This document shows, in pieces, positions 23,800 to 33,010 of a stretch of DNA of 34,372 nt. The translations under genes and the position numbers were made by a program. The stretch comes from Minisyncoccota bacterium. Lineage in GTDB: Bacteria > Patescibacteriota > Minisyncoccia > Phycocordibacterales > JBBDKB01. Where the stretch lies: positions 6,821 through 41,192 of the forward strand of contig JBBDKB010000030.1 of the NCBI GenBank assembly GCA_040879605.1, given 5' to 3'. The stretch's first letter is position 1. Every line of letters starts with the position of its first letter. The notes under the pieces were generated by a model that did no database searches, was not told where the DNA came from, and saw only the letters and a list, made by a program, of their open reading frames with translations.

Positions 23800-26769
23800 T
23801 CAAGCTTTCTTTACAACAAAGTTTATGAGCTTCCCGGGAACAAAAACAACCTTGGAAACCTCTCCTTCAGTAAGATACTTCTCGACTGCCGGAAGCTTCT
23901 CTGCCTCTGCCCTCACCTCTTCCTCGCTTGTCTCAAGAGGCAGCAAAAGTACACCTCTTAGCTTGCCATTCACCTGTATTGCGATTTCTGCAGTGGGTTT
24001 TTTAAGAAGCGCCTCATCATATTCTGGCCACGCCTGCATGTGGACCGAGTCATTCCGCGTCCATCCGCGTTCATTCTGTGTAGATCCGCGCTCGCGAAGC
24101 GAGAGCCAAAGCTCCTCCGCTAGGTGCGGCGCAAACGGCGCAAGTAGTTTTAAGAAAGTTTTGAAGGCCTCTTTGGGAACCTCTTCTTCTTTTGCAAACC
24201 GATTTGAAAGCACCATGAGTTGCGAGACACTTGTGTTGAACTTAAAGCTTTCGATGTCGCGCCCCACTTTCATGATTGACTCATGCAAAAGCTGAGTAAT
24301 TTCTTCTGATGCTTCCTTATCGCTCACCTTCTCACTCAACGTGTTCACTTTTTCAAGAAAGCGCCTCACCCCAGCAATGCCTCCCATGTCCCATGGATAT
24401 GCACCGACCTCGTTGTAGGGACCAATAAAGGCAAGGTAAGTGCGCACACAATCAGCGCCGACACGCTCGACATGTTCGTCTGGATCAACCACATTCCCCC
24501 ATCGCTTGCTCATTTTTCTTCCATCAGTACCGAGAATAAGACCGCGATTGAGGCGCTCCCTGTATGGCTCACTCTCTGTAACAAGGCCAAGATCAAAAAG
24601 TGCTTTTTGAAAAAATCGCGAGTAGAGAACGTGCATCGTGGTGTGCTCTGCTCCCCCTGAGTATCGGGCAACAGGCATCCATGCCTTTTGTACCTCCTTT
24701 GAAGAGAATTCCGTCTCATTATATGGATCAAGATAACGAAGAAAATACCACGAAGAATCTACAAATGTGTCCATCGTGTCATACTCAGGAGTCCACCCTA
24801 CTCCAAAAAGATGCTCTACGCGCTCATGGAGTTCTTTTGAGGTCGCAAGCGGCGACTTGCCGGTCAATTCCCCAAGCTTTACATCTTCTGGCAGAAGCCA
24901 CGGCAAATGCTCTTCCGAAACCGGATGCGGATTACCTTCCGGATCATACACAATCGGAATCGGGCAACCCCAGTAGCGCTGGCGCGAGAGAAGCCAGTCT
25001 CGAATTCTATATGTTGAAGTCATCTCTCCTCCCACTTTCTTTGTGATGGCCTCCTTTGCATCCTCGGAATCCAGCCCATCAAACTCTCCGGACTGAATAA
25101 GTTTCCCTGAATCAAGAATTGAACTGAGCCTAAGAAAATTGCTCCACATGTTTTTTTGATCCTCAGGACCCAATGCGTCAAGTACTTCTTCCTCATCGAC
25201 CCAAATCAGAGTGTGAAGCTTTGCTTCCTCCTCTGGAATTTCACCCTGTTCTGAAAGACTGTCAACTTCACAAATATACCAATGGGCAAAAGAAGTTCTG
25301 TTTACTCCCTTATGTGAAGCGCAATAGCGAGCAGACGAAATCCACGGATTTTTTCTTACAACCCGCGCATTGTTAATTGCAGCCTCTTCCTGGATCTCTT
25401 TTAAAACAGCTTCCTCAGGAGTCTCACCATCATCAATCCCTCCCATAATCCCTGTTGTAATGCCTTCGAGTGTTCCATGCCAATTAAGGAGTGCATACTT
25501 TCCAGTCGCATTATTCTTTAAGAACGCAACCACAACCTCGCGCTCAGTTTCCTCAAGTCCTTTTTGTGGCGGATTATTTCGATCTTCTTTGCAAGGAAGA
25601 ATAACCTGCTTTACCGGCAAATTGTACTTCTGTGCAAATGCAAAGTCGCGCTCATCATGCGCAGGCACCGCCATAATAGCGCCCGTCCCATAGGAAGCGA
25701 TCACATAGTCCGCAACAAAAATTGGAATCTCTTCTCTTGAGCCAGGGTTAATTGCCTTCACCCCCTTTAACTCAACACCTGTTTTTTCTTGAGCTTCATT
25801 CGTACGTTCAATTTCTGTCTTTTCCTTACTTTGATCAATGTAGCGCGCGACTTCGTCTCGATTCTCGATCTTCTCCTTTAGTTCTTCAAGAATCCTATGC
25901 TCAGGGGAAAGCACCATGTAGGTCGTTCCAAAAAGCGTGTCTGGCCGCGTGGTGAATACCTCTATCGAGGTCGCCGCCTCACGCGGACTGGACGCGGAAT
26001 TTCGCGGAAGTTCTTCTGCGTTTTTCTGCGTTTGCTCTGTGTTGTTCCGCACAGAAGGTGCGATTTTAAAATGCAAAATCGCACCTTCTGATCTCCCGAT
26101 CCAGTTTCTCTGTGCCTCTTTAATTTCCTCTGGCCAATCAAGCTCTTCTAAGTCATCAACAAGCCGATCTGCGTAGTCGGTAATTTTGAAAAACCACTGC
26201 TTAAGCTCCTTCTTTCCTACTTTTGCTCCGGAGCGCTCCGCCGTTCCGTCAGGAAGCACCTGCTCGTTTGCAAGCACAGTCTTATCAACCGGATCCCAGT
26301 TCACCACCGCCTTCCCCCGATAGGAAAGACCTTTCTCGTAAAGCTTCAAGAAAAGCCACTGCGTCCATTTGTAATACTCCGGATCTGATGTCACCACTTC
26401 GCGTGAAAGATCAAACGCATTTCCCATACGCTTAATTTGATCCCGCATGTGAGCTATGTTGTCATACGTCCACTCTCTTGGGTCAATGCCATGCTTGATG
26501 GCCGCATTCTCGGCAGGCAGACCGAAGGAATCAAATCCCATCGGAAAGAGCACATTCTCCCCTTTCATTCTCTTATACCGCGCAAACGCATCAGGTACAA
26601 CAAACGCATACCAATGCCCCGTGTGGAGGTTCCCTGAAGGATAAGGAAATTCTACAAGTGTGTAGTAGTTTTCTTTTCCCTCTGTCTTGTTCTCTACTTT
26701 ATAGAGTTCCTTCTCTTCCCATCTCTTCTGCCACTTCTCTTCTATCTTCTTGTGATCATAGCTCTTCAT
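23800..26769 (-). CDS. leuS: Leucine--tRNA ligase with an inserted Nudix domain and two repeat-derived peptide insertions
   Basis: FPYPSGNLHTGH (HIGH variant), FTTRPDTLFG, GTGAIMAVPAHD, SRQRYWGCPIP and KMSKR; 989 aa. Confidence 0.98.
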   Translation of the reverse strand: MKSYDHKKIEEKWQKRWEEKELYKVENKTEGKENYYTLVEFPYPSGNLHTGHWYAFVVPDAFARYKRMKGENVLFPMGFDSFGLPAENAAIKHGIDPREWTYDNIAHMRDQIKRMGNAFDLSREVVTSDPEYYKWTQWLFLKLYEKGLSYRGKAVVNWDPVDKTVLANEQVLPDGTAERSGAKVGKKELKQWFFKITDYADRLVDDLEELDWPEEIKEAQRNWIGRSEGAILHFKIAPSVRNNTEQTQKNAEELPRNSASSPREAATSIEVFTTRPDTLFGTTYMVLSPEHRILEELKEKIENRDEVARYIDQSKEKTEIERTNEAQEKTGVELKGVKAINPGSREEIPIFVADYVIASYGTGAIMAVPAHDERDFAFAQKYNLPVKQVILPCKEDRNNPPQKGLEETEREVVVAFLKNNATGKYALLNWHGTLEGITTGIMGGIDDGETPEEAVLKEIQEEAAINNARVVRKNPWISSARYCASHKGVNRTSFAHWYICEVDSLSEQGEIPEEEAKLHTLIWVDEEEVLDALGPEDQKNMWSNFLRLSSILDSGKLIQSGEFDGLDSEDAKEAITKKVGGEMTSTYRIRDWLLSRQRYWGCPIPIVYDPEGNPHPVSEEHLPWLLPEDVKLGELTGKSPLATSKELHERVEHLFGVGWTPEYDTMDTFVDSSWYFLRYLDPYNETEFSSKEVQKAWMPVARYSGGAEHTTMHVLYSRFFQKALFDLGLVTESEPYRERLNRGLILGTDGRKMSKRWGNVVDPDEHVERVGADCVRTYLAFIGPYNEVGAYPWDMGGIAGVRRFLEKVNTLSEKVSDKEASEEITQLLHESIMKVGRDIESFKFNTSVSQLMVLSNRFAKEEEVPKEAFKTFLKLLAPFAPHLAEELWLSLRERGSTQNERGWTRNDSVHMQAWPEYDEALLKKPTAEIAIQVNGKLRGVLLLPLETSEEEVRAEAEKLPAVEKYLTEGEVSKVVFVPGKLINFVVKKA
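24054..24105. repeat. In-frame phased TCYGYG repeats plus a GCGAAGC mini-hairpin inside leuS
   Basis: TCCGCG 24054, TCCGCG 24064, TCTGTG 24075, TCCGCG 24085 (period 10/11/10), then CTCGC-GAA-GCGAG at 24091. Confidence 0.8.
25982..26051. repeat. In-frame phased CGCGGA/TCYGYR inverted repeat array inside leuS
   Basis: CGCGGA at 25982, 25993 and 26003; TCTGCG at 26015 and 26025; TCTGTG at 26036; TCCGCA at 26046. Confidence 0.85.
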
Positions 26770-26825
26770 AGCATTTTTTTACGCACACTCTCACAAAGGA
26801 CAGCTCGCCCGTCCGTAGCTTTCTT

Positions 26826-26853
26826 GCCCGCCATAGCTTTAGCGAAGGTGGGC
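26826..26853. repeat. REP-like imperfect hairpin upstream of leuS
   Basis: GCCCGCC-ATA-GCT-TT-AGC-GAA-GGTGGGC, with a partial second copy GCCCGTCCGTAGCTTT at 26807-26822. Confidence 0.55.
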
Positions 26854-26908
26854 CACTTTTCTTCTATTTTTTTGTGGTTGTAGCCTCGCATGCCATTTGT
26901 GCGGAAGG

Positions 26909-27484
26909 TTAGCTCTTTATTTTCTTAATGCCAATCCAGATGAGTGCTGCCAGTGCAAGGCCGAGCATGCCGAACTTCACAAGATCATCAGCAGATTCCC
27001 AGTAACGAATAGCCGCAATAATGAAGGCAAGAATACCTCCGAAGGTGAGTCCATTTGAAACCGGTGCGAATGTCTTAAACGCGAGTCCCGCAATAATTGA
27101 GAGGACGCCGAGTCCAAGAAGAATAATGAACACATTTCGCTCATACATTTCTCGAGCGTCTTCGTATTCCTTTTGGCACGTAAAGAATTCGTTACAGTAC
27201 GCTTGTCTCTCCCCTGCCAGAGGTTTCTCAAGTACCGGGTGTCCATTCGAGGGAGTTCGCTCCGTTCCTTCAATCCATTGCCCTCCAACTGCAAGACACT
27301 GCTCTTTTGTTTCAATCGGTTGAACGACTTGTTCGTTGTTTCCGCAGAAAGTATTAAACTCTGGCTTTTCATAAACAAGTGCAATACCAACACTAAAAAA
27401 GAGATTAAGCACCACGACGATGCCAATCACGAGTGCCCAAGATATTACTTTCGAGTCCACTTTATCACCGCCGAAAATATTCAT
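26909..27484 (-). CDS. Four-TM membrane protein with a Cys-containing extracytoplasmic loop
   Basis: One TM, a loop with four Cys, then three TMs; TATAAT 8 nt upstream of the ATG (27493-27498). Confidence 0.82.
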   Translation of the reverse strand: MNIFGGDKVDSKVISWALVIGIVVVLNLFFSVGIALVYEKPEFNTFCGNNEQVVQPIETKEQCLAVGGQWIEGTERTPSNGHPVLEKPLAGERQAYCNEFFTCQKEYEDAREMYERNVFIILLGLGVLSIIAGLAFKTFAPVSNGLTFGGILAFIIAAIRYWESADDLVKFGMLGLALAALIWIGIKKIKS

Positions 27485-27562
27485 AATGAGTAATTATACA
27501 ATGCTTTTAAGTTTCTTCAACTATAACGCATCTCCTACTCCTACGCCACTCCTCTCGTCCCT

Positions 27563-27594
27563 CTATTCCGTAATTCTGCAGAACATTGGAGTAG
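27563..27594. repeat. Degenerate copy of the ATTCTGCAGAAT palindrome family
   Basis: CTATTCCGTAATTCTG|CAGAACATTGGAGTAG; 11 of 16 positions symmetric. Confidence 0.7.
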
Positions 27595-27647
27595 TTGAAG
27601 TGACCGAACTTCAAACTCTCGATTCTCGCTCCTTTCGCACTTCTTTT

Positions 27648-27667
27648 TACTCCAGTATACTGGAGTA
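27648..27667. repeat. Perfect 20-bp palindrome
   Basis: TACTCCAGTA|TACTGGAGTA; arms resemble those of the ATTCTGCAGAAT family without the core. Confidence 0.9.
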
Positions 27668-27674
27668 GTACGAC

Positions 27675-28769
27675 CTAAATCTTAAACTCCACTACGTCGC
27701 CGTCTTTGACAATGTACTCCTTGCCTTCCGTTCTAAGGAGCCCCTTCTCGCGAGCTTTTGCATACGAGCCGGACTCAAGAAGCGTATCCCACGGAATCAC
27801 TTCAGCACGAATAAACTTATCTCTAAAGTCAGTGTGAATTGCGGTTCCCGCAATTGGAGCCGTGGAGCTTTCTTTTATAGTCCACGCGCGTGTCTCATCA
27901 GTGCCGGTTGTGAAATAGGTAATAAGTTTGAGGAGCTTATAGCCTTCCTGAATAAGTGACGCAAGCCCATCTTCAAGTACTCCGAAGTCTCTCCTAAGTG
28001 CTATCTGATCATCCTTTGCCACATCCGCGAGTTCATTTTCAACTCCTGCATCTATGATGACATAGTGAGCCCCTGTTGATTCAAGAAGCTCTTCAAGCTC
28101 TTGCCATCTCTCTTTGTTCTCTTCATCGATATTGTTTGAGCCAACCGACTTGTTTAAGGCGTAGTACATAGGCTTCATAGTCAAAAGATGCACCTGCTTT
28201 ACGATGTGCTCTTCCTCAAGTGCAAGAGACGTAGCGCTCGCAAGATGTCCTTCTTCAAGTGTGTGGCGTACTTTGGTGAGACATTCAACCTCCCACTTTG
28301 CCTCTTTGTCTCCTCGCTTCACCTCTTTTTCTAGATTTGAAAGTCGCTTTGTTACCGTTTCAAGATCCGCGAGAATAAGTTCAAGATTAATAACGCCGAT
28401 GTCTCCAACCGGATCAACATCGCCATGAACATGCGTAATATCTTGATTATCAAAAATTCGCACCACATGGAGAATCGCATCCACCTCTCGGATATTCGCA
28501 AGAAACTGATTTCCAAGCCCTTCGCCCTCTGCCGCTCCCTTCACGAGCCCTGCAATATCAACAAACTCAACAGCCGCGGGGATCGTCTTTTCCGATTCTG
28601 AAAACTCACTCAATTTAGAGAGCCTCGGATCCGGCACCGCCACCACACCAACTGCTGGATCAATCGTACAAAAAGGAAAATTCTCGGCCGGCACGGCCTT
28701 CTGTGTTAACGCATTAAATAATGTGGACTTCCCAACATTCGGAAGCCCTACAATTCCGATTGAAAGCAT
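27675..28769 (-). CDS. ychF: Ribosome-binding ATPase YchF
   Basis: GIVGLPNVGKSTLFNALT, NFPFCTIDP, DIAGLVKGA and EGKEYIVKDGDV motifs. Confidence 0.99.
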   Translation of the reverse strand: MLSIGIVGLPNVGKSTLFNALTQKAVPAENFPFCTIDPAVGVVAVPDPRLSKLSEFSESEKTIPAAVEFVDIAGLVKGAAEGEGLGNQFLANIREVDAILHVVRIFDNQDITHVHGDVDPVGDIGVINLELILADLETVTKRLSNLEKEVKRGDKEAKWEVECLTKVRHTLEEGHLASATSLALEEEHIVKQVHLLTMKPMYYALNKSVGSNNIDEENKERWQELEELLESTGAHYVIIDAGVENELADVAKDDQIALRRDFGVLEDGLASLIQEGYKLLKLITYFTTGTDETRAWTIKESSTAPIAGTAIHTDFRDKFIRAEVIPWDTLLESGSYAKAREKGLLRTEGKEYIVKDGDVVEFKI

Positions 28770-28784
28770 GAAGAGAGAGTACTA

Positions 28785-29375
28785 CTAGAGCGCTTGTTTG
28801 CCAAGGTCACGGACTTCCTCCTCCCACTTTCGCCGCTGCTTTTTGCTTGCACGCTCGCATGGGCCGAATGTGCTGACGCGAACAGGATCAATCCCTGCAA
28901 AGCCTAAAATGGCGTGGGTTATTTCATTCGTAAAATCACCAAACTTGAGCCGGATAAGCCACGGATGCGCCGCCGCGGCAACAATTACGCGGGCGCTTCT
29001 TCCGGAGAGGAGTTTGTCCCATGAGTATCCTTTGTCCTTATGGAACTTGAACGCAAAACCCGGCAAAAACATACGATCGAACATTCCTTTTAGAAGTGCC
29101 GGCATCGTGCACCACCAGTTTGGATAGACAATCACAATGTGATCTGCCCACCTGAAGTTCTCCTGTACTTCTTTTAAGTCTGGCTCAAGCTCTTGAATTT
29201 CTTTATACCCCTTATGGAGAATTGGATCGAAAGTGAGCTCTCCTAAGTTGAGCCGCCTTATTTCATGCCCCGCCTCGCGGGCCCCTCGCTCATACTCCGT
29301 CGCTAGAGATCCGCTAAACGTTTCTTTGTCGGGGTGCCCCAGCAATAGGAAAATTTTCTTTGGAGTAGCGTACAT
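28785..29375 (-). CDS. NAD(P)H-dependent oxidoreductase, flavodoxin-like (quinone reductase/KefF-like)
   Basis: LLGHP..ETFS and [26 protein letters not shown] motifs. Confidence 0.9.
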   Translation of the reverse strand: MYATPKKIFLLLGHPDKETFSGSLATEYERGAREAGHEIRRLNLGELTFDPILHKGYKEIQELEPDLKEVQENFRWADHIVIVYPNWWCTMPALLKGMFDRMFLPGFAFKFHKDKGYSWDKLLSGRSARVIVAAAAHPWLIRLKFGDFTNEITHAILGFAGIDPVRVSTFGPCERASKKQRRKWEEEVRDLGKQAL

Positions 29376-29376
29376 A

Positions 29377-29871
29377 TTATTTTTTTAAGTAGAGAGATTT
29401 AATAACCCTTAAAAGCCCAACCATAAAGATCACAAACACCGCATAGTAGATTGAAAGCTCAATGAACCCTGCCGTGAGGTTCGGCCACACACTCACCGCA
29501 AAAAGTGTATACCAAGAGCCTCCCGCAAGTGCCGGGCCCAGCCACATCGGCATTTTGTGAATGTGCATTAACACTGCGTTAACAATGATAATTGCAATCA
29601 CTGCCCATCGGAAAAGAAGAATCTCAAGTGTCGGCGCAAGCGGAAAGTTTGCAAGTCCGTACTGATAGAGATAATAAACTTCAGTAACGATGATAAGAGC
29701 GAGCGCGAGACGAAGTGCAAAGTAAACCGCATGCATAAAGCGCTTCTCAGAGGCATCAATCGTGCCATCCTTGATTCCCATGAAATAGAATGTAAGTGCA
29801 AATGTAGAAGCACCCACAGTGAGAGCGAGTTCAAAAAGATCAAAGACAATTAAAAAATCCTGAAAAAACAT
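29377..29871 (-). CDS. Multi-TM membrane protein
   Basis: 164 aa with about five hydrophobic segments; tightly packed with neighbours. Confidence 0.8.
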   Translation of the reverse strand: MFFQDFLIVFDLFELALTVGASTFALTFYFMGIKDGTIDASEKRFMHAVYFALRLALALIIVTEVYYLYQYGLANFPLAPTLEILLFRWAVIAIIIVNAVLMHIHKMPMWLGPALAGGSWYTLFAVSVWPNLTAGFIELSIYYAVFVIFMVGLLRVIKSLYLKK

Positions 29872-29874
29872 ATA

Positions 29875-30102
29875 CTACTGACCCATGGCTTCCCTTAACT
29901 CTTTCTGATGCTTCTTCAGCACACGCGTTGTTGCGGCCATCTGGTTAGAGCCGCTCTTTATTTCTGCTTGTATTTCTTTGGCAATTCTCTCAAAAAGCTT
30001 TGGATTCTTTTCAACTGCAGCCATTATCATGTCGCGCTGGGGAGCAGGCATACCCTTGAGTTGCCTCTCCATTGCTTTTTTCATCAAGAAACTTTTCAAC
30101 AT
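29875..30102 (-). CDS. Small helical hypothetical protein
   Basis: 75 aa; leaderless promoter directly upstream; 3-nt gap to the next gene. Confidence 0.8.
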   Translation of the reverse strand: MLKSFLMKKAMERQLKGMPAPQRDMIMAAVEKNPKLFERIAKEIQAEIKSGSNQMAATTRVLKKHQKELREAMGQ

Positions 30103-30108
30103 GCAGTT

Positions 30109-30117
30109 AGTGTAGCA
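30109..30117 (-). promoter_or_regulatory. Extended -10 promoter, leaderless
   Basis: Minus strand TGC-TACACT, then 6 nt to ATG at 30102. Confidence 0.65.
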
Positions 30118-30182
30118 AAGACTCTCGCTCGGCCCAAGTCACATATGTAGATAGCAACGCATGGCTCTCTTGCTTCACCTAC

Positions 30183-30222
30183 TCCCTTATTCCAATATTC
30201 TGCAGAATATTGGAATAAGGGA
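30183..30222. repeat. Perfect 40-bp palindrome (ATTCTGCAGAAT core family)
   Basis: TCCCTTATTCCAATATTCTG|CAGAATATTGGAATAAGGGA. Confidence 0.96.
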
Positions 30223-30240
30223 CCTGTGGTTTCCCACTTC

Positions 30241-30268
30241 TTGACCTTAAGCGCAAAAGCGCTACACT
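30241..30268 (+). promoter_or_regulatory. Putative plus-strand sigma70 promoter with no downstream ORF
   Basis: TTGACC-16 nt-TACACT, pointing into the structured region 30295-30426. Confidence 0.5.
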
Positions 30269-30289
30269 GAAAATCAGAACAACGGGAAA

Positions 30290-30333
30290 TCAAAACAACG
30301 GGGACATCTCCCGCCAGGAGATGTCCCCGTTGT
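30290..30333 (-). terminator. Probable atp operon terminator
   Basis: 17-bp perfect stem ACAACGGGGACATCTCC/GGAGATGTCCCCGTTGT with a 5-nt loop; the minus strand ends GTTGTTTTGATTT. Confidence 0.7.
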
Positions 30334-30334
30334 A

Positions 30335-30426
30335 GAAGGAGGGGTTTCGGAGTCTGCAATCCGAGCAGATCACTGCCCCAGTCTGCGAGCGCGAGGGCCT
30401 TATCCTCCTGCGCTCACCCCTCCTTC
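30335..30426. ncRNA. Putative four-way-junction structured RNA element
   Basis: An 11-bp closing stem encloses three directly abutting hairpins; shares a module with element A. Confidence 0.55.
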
Positions 30427-30432
30427 ACTTCT

Positions 30433-32965
<2,533 letters not shown>

Positions 32966-32977
32966 TTTGCGAAACTT

Positions 32978-33009
32978 ACATTCCAATATTCTGCAGAATA
33001 TTGGAATGT
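32978..33009. repeat. Perfect 32-bp palindrome (ATTCTGCAGAAT core family) filling the atpA-atpG spacer
   Basis: ACATTCCAATATTCTG|CAGAATATTGGAATGT. Confidence 0.96.
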
Positions 33010-33010
33010 T

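Noticed and set aside
23800-23802. Alternative genetic code 25 (TGA = Gly)
   Set aside because: TGA ends leuS, atpD and UDG at the expected positions, and no conserved gene is interrupted by an in-frame TGA.
26770-26908. T-box leader upstream of leuS
   Set aside because: The spacer is only about 140 nt, with no GGTGGNACCGCG T-box motif or terminator on the sense strand.
30096-30359. 87-aa minus-strand ORF in the spacer downstream of atpC
   Set aside because: It runs through a terminator hairpin and a 40-bp palindrome and has no credible start signal; the FQYSAEYWN peptide is just the translated palindrome.
30335-30426. tRNA gene
   Set aside because: The closing stem is 11 bp, there is no 7-nt anticodon loop on a 5-bp stem in the right position, no GTTCRA T-loop and no D-loop signature on either strand.
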